From: Amphiscolops sp. MND2022
Taxonomy: Eukaryota
DNA length: 60,000 bases
NCBI GenBank assembly: GCA_964187785.1
Contig: OZ076409.1
Coordinates: 80,478,001-80,538,000 of the forward strand
Direction: 5' to 3'
Shown here piece after piece: positions 51,101 to 60,000 of this stretch; the first letter of the stretch is position 1; every line of letters starts with the position of its first letter. The position numbers and the translations under genes are program-made. The notes beneath the pieces are model-generated. The model saw only the letters and a list, made by a program, of their open reading frames with translations, searched no databases and was not told the DNA's origin.

Positions 51101-54100
51101 GTGTTTCTCTGAAATATTAAGTGACAAATTGAATTTCCTTGATTATAATTCAAAATCATTCACAATGGAAGTAACTGCTCTTTCATGTTAGTGGCTTGGT
51201 CTGGCTCTTGATTTGAGTTGTGTCTTGTTTCTTTGAGCGTAGTCAGACGCGAATCACGAACGTGCTGAGGAACATGGTCACTTGTTCGGTCGGCTCAAAC
51301 TTCAAAGTGATAGGCTATAAAAGCACTTATTGTTACACAATGCTCTGCTTAAAATCACAGTAGCCAGCTCAAGTGCAGACAGACCAGAATGAAGTTTATA
51401 AATACAGCTACGCACTACCCATCAGAAAATAACGTCACGGTCTTGTAACGCCGCTGCTTAAAAGGTATAAAAGGTACCAAGCATGAAACAACGAGGTCTT
51501 TGGTTGACATTGCTCCTAAAATCTCTAAGATTTAACCCAGTATTGTGTTATATAATGCGATCCAATTTTCTTTTATTTTCTTGATCGTTGATCTTCTCTC
51601 GCCTTTGTTCTTTTCTTCTTTTCAATCAAACACGGCTGCTGGCGAGACTAACTAGCACTATTTCCCCGGTCCTGCGGTTTTGGCTAACTCCTGCAGTACC
51701 TTGCATGTCTGGAATAGCGTGAAGTGTGGTGCAGTATACCATGGTGTACTGTGAAAAACAAGAGAAGACCTGCTGTGTGTATTTGTAGTCCAAATGTTAT
51801 TTTAGTTTTGTCAGACAGACATGGGGGGTTGTAAGAAGCGAGAAGAATCGCGATAAAAGTGTAGTGCTTGTTTGCTGTAGTAGTAGTAGTAAGAGGGGAC
51901 GCAATAGGTCCTATCGATCTATTCCACCGAAGTGGCAGCCGAAGTCGCAATAACTTCTGAAATGGGAGAACGTCACACAGCCGCTCTGCAACCGACTAAG
52001 TCTGGATGGCTGCATGTCCGGGCGGGCTGCTTTGTTGTGAAGCAGCGGTCTAGGAAGAATGAGCAACATGACAAGAGAGCGCTCGTAAATCAAGTTTATT
52101 ACCAAATTTTTCTCCTTCATGTATTGCCGCCACCGCCGCCGACCAAGACATAACCTCCATAAAGCGTTTTATATGGTTTTATAAAACCAGAAGAACGCCA
52201 CGACAGATATGCTTATACGCATTGGCATTTCATATACGTGATACCCTTCAGAGGCACAAAGTATTATACCTACGGTAGAGGTGCTCGGTTAGAAGGCGGC
52301 CACCGTCCCAAGACCTACGGATAAGTAGCGTGCTTTGGATTGATAAAGTTTGTGCCGGCCTCAATTCGTCATGCGCCGGAGTCATTGGTTGCTTGACTTT
52401 GTTCGTCTTAGCATGTTGCGCTTATGATACCACAGTACATGTACAGTATGAGATTATCATTCATTCAATAGTTGTGCCTTGTAAGGTAGAACGTTGGGCG
52501 ACGTATTGTAGGAATTCTTGAGGTATCGACAAATTTCATAAATGATGCGCAGCTTTAACTTTTGATCCTCCAATTAGCTGTGGGGCCGGCCGAATTAGGC
52601 GTACATGTAATTAGCCTGGGTGTGACTAGCAGTTGAATCATGAAAGTTGCAGATGAAATATGCTTCGACTTTCATTCCTCTGGTTATCTTTGAGATGAAA
52701 TGCATTATTGACAGCTTTTTCCTGTTTTGAATGTCAACTTCACTAGAAATTGTGAATAGAATTCAGTAATTCCGTTGTCATAGCCGATGGTAAAGAGATG
52801 AGAAATCATTTTGTAACAATAAACTGGAACAAAGTTTGACCGCTTATTTTGACTGTTTCATGAAACAGAAGAAAGCAAATGTCCAAACTGTCATGTTGTG
52901 CATTGTAAGTTAATGTTGATAGCGTTTGCTTGCTTTAGTTTCGCTGCTGATCAAAAAGGGTCCGGTTGACCAGACAATAGAGAAGGGCAGTAGAGTGGAG
53001 TTCAGTTGTGAGCCCCATCGGTTGAGCAGTGATGATCAGCCGGACACCAGATGGTGGTTTGAGACTTTCCCTGGCTCCTCGCCCCAGCCGGTGGAAAAGC
53101 TTATGGCTGCTGAACAGAAACAAATGGCCGCTCTCACAAACACATCTCAGGAAGTTGAAGAACTCACTCCTCGTATAAAGGTTATTCGTGTTCTAAATCT
53201 CAAATGGGAGTGATCTCAGTCTATTTTTGTCTTCAGCCGTGGTGTAACGCCAGACTAGTCTGTGGTCATCCTTCGGACACGAAAACCACTTTTCTTCTTT
53301 CCACTTACGGGTTATTTTTTTTGAGCGAAAAAGATTCTTTGAGTTTTTGGCCCTCTACAATTTTTTCCCTATTTTCCCCACATATTTTGGTTATTTGATG
53401 CTTTTAGTTAAGGAAAAACGTTTTTTTCTTGAGTCTCTGATGACTCTTGGTTATGTTCGGTACTGTGAGCTGGCCTATTTTTTGGTTTAGTTATCATTGA
53501 GCATATTCGGAAGACTTTTCTCTTTTTGAGCCTTTAGAAGGGCTCCGATTCGGGACACTCCCGGCTCACTGCTAATTGGAAGCATTTTTCAGAATGCTAA
53601 TTTGTTTTGAAATATCTCTCGGAAAAAAATTTGCACCATACCGAAAAGGCTAATGGGGACCCTTTACGCTCGAAAAACTTCTTTGTGAAAAAAAATGAAA
53701 CGAAGGGGACCCTTTGATCTCTGATTTTGAGAAAAACAGTGGGTGTTTTCGGCAAAGCTTTTTCGAAACTTTTTTCGGCAAAGCTTTTTCGAAACTTTTT
53801 TCGGCAAAGCTTTTTCGAAACTTTTTCTCGTTCAACAATCATAAATTACAAATAATTAGTAGTAGTCAAGCTGTCAATTTAAAAGAAGAGTCGGAGTTTC
53901 TGGAAAGTAGTGAAAAAATCACATCCCTGGCTACATGTCGAAAATTGACATTTGCGAGCTTTTCGGAGCTACTCGCTGTACCTATAGCATAGCTCAATCT
54001 TAGAAATTCAATGAACATTTCGTACGGGAAATTCAGAGCATGAAAGTAGTCGTTTCTACATGATCGAAGCGAGCGTTACAATACTGACTAATTACTTCTT

Positions 54101-57100
54101 TTGACATTAAAAAGTAGACTAATCCGTCGTAAAAATTTTATAACCTAGTTTCATATAAAAGTCATCAATCTTTTTCTGATTGCAAGTATCGCTTTTAGAT
54201 CGTCAACGACACAGTTTTAGTAATTGAAGATGTGCAGCCTCGAGATCAAGGCAGATACTGGTGTATCTTCAACAGAACTTTCAATTACGGCCAGCAGGAT
54301 CTTAACACGACCAGAAAAGCTCGACTTATTGTTGCTGTCGGCTCATGTTAGTGCTTTTAGTGGTTATCTCCGGGTGTTCTGGTAGTTGCTCAAATTTTCA
54401 GATAGGTTCCTTGGATCATTCCAAATTCCAAAGCTTTTGGCTTTTCTGGTATCTCATGTTTCTCTTGTTTTCCAGCATCAGGAGATCAGAGTATGAGGAC
54501 GATTGCAATTGCAGTAGCTTGTGCGGTCGGTTACATTCTCTTCATGTTAGCTTTAACCATATATTGCCGCAGAAAAAGGCTTGCCAGCAGAAACCGACAG
54601 CTCAATAAAAACGGAGCTGCCAACGGGGATGAAAAGGGAGCGGCCGGTGTCCCTGACGGAGCCAATGAACCCTTAGTCAATGCAAATGGTCGTCCTAGTC
54701 CCACCAGAGAGTTGATGCCCCTCCAAAGACGGAACCTCAATGTGGAAAAACTTCAGTTTCCACGCCAAGAACTTCAGACAACTTCACTGCTGGGGAGAGG
54801 TGAATACGGGGATGTGTTTCTAGCCGTTGCACAGGGCTTGCACCTAAGTGATTCCTCTGTACCCCGCAACGCTGGATCCGCTAGCTCATCTCCAACCCCT
54901 GCTTCTGGGGAGCAATTAGTTATGGTGAAATCACTGCTCCAGAAAGAGAAAAACTTGCATGTAAGATAAATACATTCCGCCACTGTTTTCGACTGATTTT
55001 TGTCTCTAAATTTGTTTACGCTTGGTTGTATGAGTTTCTAAATATCGTCACCTTGAGAAATAATTTCCCATCGCGTTTTGTCAGGTGAACTAATTGACTT
55101 TTTGCTTCGAAGCATAGGTATCCTTGCAGGAACTGAATATCAACCTGTGAATAATTTTGTATGACTTTGATGCAGTTTCCCAATGAAACTTCAGATTTGA
55201 AACCAATTTTTAGCTCATGTATGAGCGTATGAAAATGTTTTTATTTTAACACATTCGGATTTGTATGTATAAAAGTTTCACTTGATAATTTGGGTTTGCT
55301 GTGCAGAGTCGATTTATGTAGGATCGAAAAATGTGCAAAGTTATCTAGAATCGAAGTGTGACTTGATTTTATCTAGGATCGAAAGTGAAAATTTCATTCA
55401 TTTTATACCATTGCCATAGTGCCCTGTAAAATTCGATCCTAAATAATTCGACCCTGTAAATTTCAGTTGCAATTTTCGATTCTGAATAATTCGACTCTGG
55501 AGAGGCAACTCATAAATTTCACAGGTCCTCCATGTCCAATTGTTGAGCACTTCTGTGCTTACTGAACCAATTTTCATGAACTGGTTTTCTCAAACTGACG
55601 GCTCCAATCAGTAATGTCTAGAAATGAAGCTTTCATCAAGCAACTATCGCACTGTTAACTTGATAGGTTTGATGTCTTGACTCTGGTGATTTGCATGATT
55701 TTTTTTGCGAAATCGAGGCTTTAATTCGAGTGCGCAATGTCTGCTACCTAATTACTCTTACCAAGACTTTTGCATTTATTTCGACGAAAAAAAATATAGC
55801 ATATATAAATACTAATATTAGAGGCACGCAAAAAGAACCACCTGGCTTCAAACGGGATATATTAGTGAATCTCAAACTGGAATCCAGATTTTATGTATGA
55901 AAAAAAATCTATGGAGATAGGGTTGTTATTTGAAAGCAGAGTTTTCCGCTAACTAGCGGCCTCTCAGGACTTTTTCAACGATTTCATCTAAATTAATGGT
56001 AACAAATAGAATGTCCGAATACAAAATTTCTCCGAGTATACTCGAATATTCAAAATGAATTTGAAAAAATCCAACTCTTACTCCTGTAAAACTCGCACAG
56101 TATAAAAAAAACACTTAGTTTTTCTTGCAAAACTAAATTAGCTTATCATCCAATTCTGAAAGATGCTTCAAGTCAAACATTTGATAGTTTGGAGAAAAAC
56201 TTTTTTAGCGAAAGTGATTTTTGAATTAGAGGTTTAGCGATTAGCGGTAAAAATTGACGATGTGAGAACCCTGTTTGGAAGTGTCTGTCCCTTGTTTCTA
56301 GGAGAAGTTCCAGCTGGAGATGGAGCAGTATGCACAGTTGAGGTGTGTGAATGTCACCCGACTACTAGGAGTGTGCACGGAGACAGAGCCTCTGTACATG
56401 ATATTCGAGTACACCGAATGGGTTAGTTTTTGAAAGAGTGTCTTTTGATAAGCCATTTACTAACCTTGAGATTGAGGATTCACGCTGTAGGCTAATTGTT
56501 CTTCCACGCCAATTGTATGCAATGGAATATGCCAATGCCTGAAAACAAATCATACGCGGTTGTTTAGTTTTTCAATTCTTGGATTCATTTGATGTTGTGT
56601 GGTTCAATTTAGGGTGACCTCAAGCGCTTTTTGATGTCAACGAAAGGACACAGCGGGTTGCCACAGGCACCGGCCATAGAACTCACGCACAAACTGCATA
56701 TTGCCTATCAAGCACTCCGAGGCCTGGAGTATTTCGCCAACCATAAGCTCGTGCACAAAGACATCGCGGCCAGAAACTTCCTCCTTACAGCCGACTTAGG
56801 GGTCAAACTATCTAACGCTTGTCTATGCAAAGACGTCTACAGGTTAGAACTGAACGTTAGCTACAAAAGATTATATTCTATATAGGCCTTGGCTTATATG
56901 TAAGTTTAGGAGAAACATTTGTAGGTTATATATTTTCCCCAACCTTGGAATTTATGAAACTTTATTAAAACTCTAGGATGATCTGAATGAACGGCATTGA
57001 AATTTCCTTGCTACCACGGAATCATTTACTACACTATCATCTGCACTATAGGTCAGAGTATTTTGAGTACCACGATGCCCTAATCCCCCTTCGTTGGATG

Positions 57101-57394
57101 CCCCTGGAAGCAGTATACGATGAGTCGTTCTCCCAAGCGAGTGACGCCTACTCTTTCGGTGTGACGCTGTGGGAGATATTCAGTCTGGGAGTGTTGCCTT
57201 ATCCAGAATTGACCAACGAACAGGTGCTGAAGGGAATGACAGTGGGTGAACTGAAGCTCTCCCCTCCCGACGACTGTCCCCCGCAAGTGGCAGAGATCAT
57301 GCTGAAGTGCTGGGAAGAGTGCGCAATAAACAGACCCTCTTTCTCCCAGATGTTGGCCATTCTAACTTCCATCAATGTTAACAGTAATTGTTGA
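36160..57394 (+). CDS. PTK7: PTK7/Off-track-like receptor tyrosine pseudokinase (signal peptide, 7 Ig, TM, inactive kinase), ~1239 aa
   Basis: Phase-consistent GT-AG exons: 36160-36502, 36573-36851, 37185-37323, 37538-37659, 45213-45521, 45894-46045, 46408-46561, 48000-48323, 49482-49811, 52939-53180, 54199-54346, 54476-54960, 56302-56421, 56613-56842, 57052-57394. TM RTIAIAVACAVGYILFMLALTIYC. KLQFPRQELQ, GRGEYGDV, VMVK, FEYTEWGDLKRF, HKDIAARN, VKLSNACLCKDVY (no DFG), IPLRWMP. Linking the first four exons to the rest is inferred from phase and the 7-Ig count. Confidence 0.88.
41415..41530 (+). repeat. tRNA-derived SINE-like fragments (A/B box motifs)
   Basis: TGGCTCAGTCAGG, GGTTCGAACCC and a T-run, then a second GTTCGAAAC...CGCCA. 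A related reverse copy lies at ~40393-40425. Not a complete cloverleaf. Confidence 0.4.
42326..42535. repeat. Perfect 210-bp palindrome (104-bp arms, 2-nt spacer)
   Basis: AGAATGTATGCG...GGGCCCCCTTTCA tt TGAAAGGGGGCCC...CGCATACATTCT. Confidence 0.95.
43134..43270 (+). mobile_element. 5' fragment of the Helentron-associated element, copy 3
   Basis: Matches 34554-34690. Confidence 0.65.
43340..43600 (-). mobile_element. CRE-like non-LTR 3' fragment
   Basis: VSKVITRLTQKISEK...RSALRVRGCR. Confidence 0.5.
44157..44593. mobile_element. 437-bp hAT-type MITE
   Basis: TIR TAGGGCAACC/GGTTGCCCTA. Perfect 8-bp TSD GTGATGAC at 44149-44156 and 44594-44601. TTGCCC subterminal repeats. Confidence 0.9.
53745..53828. 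repeat. ~25-bp tandem repeat x3 within dispersed-repeat fragments
   Basis: TTTTCGGCAAAGCTTTTTCGAAAC repeated three times. Confidence 0.85.
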
Positions 57395-58082
57395 ACAGAA
57401 CAAGCACAGCAAACATACATGCACAAACACCTAAATTGTCATGAGGTAACCTCAACTACTCTTGACATAATTCTACTTCAAACTTCTTTTGCCCTGTTCC
57501 TCGATCTGATGACGTCATTTGATTCTTGATCCTTGTTCTGACGCCTTTTCTACTCTCTTTATGACGTCATGGCTGGTTGTTGGGGCCCTTGATGTTGTTC
57601 GATGGTACACCCGAACCCAAAGCCTTTCTCGGTAGTGTTCTGATCTTCTTCACTTTGCTTGCTCGCGGGGTCTAGATCTCTTGGTGCTTGAAACTGAGAC
57701 CTTCGCTCGTTTTTTTGAGATTTTCTTCATGGTCTTCTAATTTAGTGCACTTCTTCAACTTGACATTATTAGCTTGTTTAATTTGATTTAAAAAGCGCAA
57801 TTTTCATGCATTATTTTTGCACTCATCAGAGTGTACTAACTTAAATTGTTTGTTGTCAAATATTTAACTCGCCAAAAGCTTTCTTTCATATGAAGTCTCT
57901 TCTCATCTTTCTGTAGAAAAACCATTATTTATATCAAAAACCTGAGTTACGATGTTTGATGCAATTTTTGTTAACTTAGTTTTTTGGGTTTCATCCATGA
58001 GCCTAATGAAATCGTGAACATTGGGCTTACATGCCTTTTGAATTGTTCCCTTATTTCACGGCTTTGTCTTGGCATTAAAATA

Positions 58083-58253
58083 CAGTTGAATCCGCCTGAT
58101 TTGTATCACTGGGGACCGAATAAAAAAGTACGAATAATGAGAAATACGGATTGACTGGATGATATCACTCCGGTCGTCGCGAAATGGGGTCTCATACATA
58201 CGAATTCAACGAAGATCCAAATGATCCGGGTACGAATTAACCGGAGTTGACTG
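58083..58253. mobile_element. Tc1/mariner-type MITE
   Basis: TA-CAGTTGAATCCG ... CGGAGTTGACTG-TA, imperfect TIRs. Confidence 0.5.
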
Positions 58254-60000
58254 TAGTCCAGAGTTGAAGAAGACACCAAAAATTCATTCTCAAGTTTCAT
58301 TTGAAGTCATTGTAATCATGGATATAGATTTTAGTGCCAACTCGCCGTGCCAGTTTGCAAGTGAGATTTTTCCTAATGTATTGAATGCGTTGAACTTTCT
58401 TTTGGTCAAAATTTGTACTTACATTTTCGTATGTTCATTTTACTGCTTTGGTTACTATTCTTGAAGGCATTAATTCACTGTTCGGCTACCAGCACCTACA
58501 TTGTGAATCTCTTGATCCAAAGATCCATCCTTTCAACAGCTTTCTCACCCTTCCCTTCGAATCTTTCGCCGGCCGGTCCCCTACCCGGTCTCAATATTGA
58601 CGCTATCTTTACTTTACTCTCCAATAAATTTGCTCTGCAGCGCTAATATTTATTTCACATTTTCTCCCAATTATTTAATTCTTATTCATGACAACTTTGC
58701 AATTTGCTCAAAAGTGCCACTAGCTTCTTTCACAAATACTTGATATTTCTACTTTTCGAAAAACCTGCATCAGTTGTAATGGTAATAGATTTAGTGTGCT
58801 TGAGAAGCCTGACACTTTTATATCTCTATTGATTGATTGGTCTATCTTGCTTTAGTGACTTCTTCAAAATGGGTCTTGAAAACTTTCGTCATTCAACTAA
58901 GTTCTTTGATCATTACGTTTAAAAAAAGTAGCAATGGATGGCGTTGCAAGTTCAGTGCTGAATAATACAAAACTTTCATGTTTTTCGAGAATGCACAAAG
59001 TGAGATCCATTGCTCTCTAGTCATCCCCCTATTTGACTGAATAATGATGCTAAATGAATTCGTTCGTCTGGTAAAATTTGCCGAGGCAAATTTTAACTCT
59101 TGTCCTGGAAAAAGAACAAAAGACTATTTTGTACATAATTTTTGTAGATTTTTTACATTCCATTGTTTGCTAAATGGCACTTAAATGGCATGTAGTTTGC
59201 AAATCAATTTCTTCACAATTGTTTTTCAATTTACCAAAGCAGCTTAATGAGAAGACAAAGTTGTCAGTTTTATAAGTGGCTGCGGTTGTTGTACATGAGT
59301 GCTAGAACAACTTTAGAAATGGTTAAACGTCTTAGCACCAAAATCTCAAGAGCCTTCTTCAAGTGAAGTCAAAAAGTGAAGCAGAAAAAAGTTGCTGTAC
59401 ATGTTCACACGAGTGTGTTTTTTGTCTTTCTGTATTTATAGCCTTTTAATTGCTGCATGCAAGATCATCATTTTATACATGCTCCTGATACACCTCCGGA
59501 AAATCACATTCACAATCTGATTAAATGATTACGAAAACACGTTCATATCTGTCCTATTGGTTGATGATCCGTCTGTAACATTCAAGATTTACGCACAATG
59601 TGGAAAAACTAGTTACACCAATGATGATTTTGTTTGTTTCAGTGCACTGACAATTCCGTTAAAATTGGATGTGAAAGAATTTTGACTGTTGGGCGTGCTC
59701 GACCATTTCCGCGCCCTTTTTCACTAAACGATGCCATACGTGCATTTTAGAAAAACCAAAGGGTGTCCAAGTTGGGTGGTTCCAAACGTTTTTGGTAATT
59801 GGAAAATAACGTATAACCAAATTCCTATTTTGTTTACCTTGATAATTGTTATCCGGGGTAATTTGGATACTGAGACTGGAAGCTATTTTGGTCACCGTGC
59901 TAGATTTTTAATTTTAAATCCAAAAAAGCTTCAAAAAGGAAATATGTTGGGAATACTGCCGGACTTTTACGAGAAAGCAAATCATGTGGGAATTTTTTCA

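Noticed and set aside
51290..52520. TATA-like motifs and short ORFs as an internal promoter or nested gene
   Set aside because: No recognisable protein or splice structure, and such motifs are expected by chance in AT-rich DNA.

Overview
AT-rich, intron-containing, transposon-dense DNA from an invertebrate metazoan (species not determinable from the sequence). Two host genes face away from each other. A DOK-family PH+PTB adaptor lies on the minus strand (775-4044, 5' end unresolved). A 15-exon PTK7/Off-track-like receptor tyrosine pseudokinase with 7 Ig domains lies on the plus strand (36160-57394). Between them is about 30 kb of transposon debris: an LTR element with a BEL-type PBS and an unrecognisable decayed ORF (5673-11024), CRE-, CR1/L2- and Penelope-like fragments, Helentron-type non-autonomous elements, MITEs, and a resolvable nest (Gypsy > pogo; Gypsy > TRIM > BEL/Pao > MITE; 23250-34231). 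The top finding is inside the BEL/Pao element. Between integrase and the 3' LTR, on the antisense strand, it carries a decayed JmjC-domain ORF (FHQD...GEKLW...QxEGESLY.P.GWVHSVFT) resembling KDM2/KDM7 histone demethylases. The ORF is hidden by a stop codon, two frameshifts and a MITE insertion. All calls are by eye; no database search was run.
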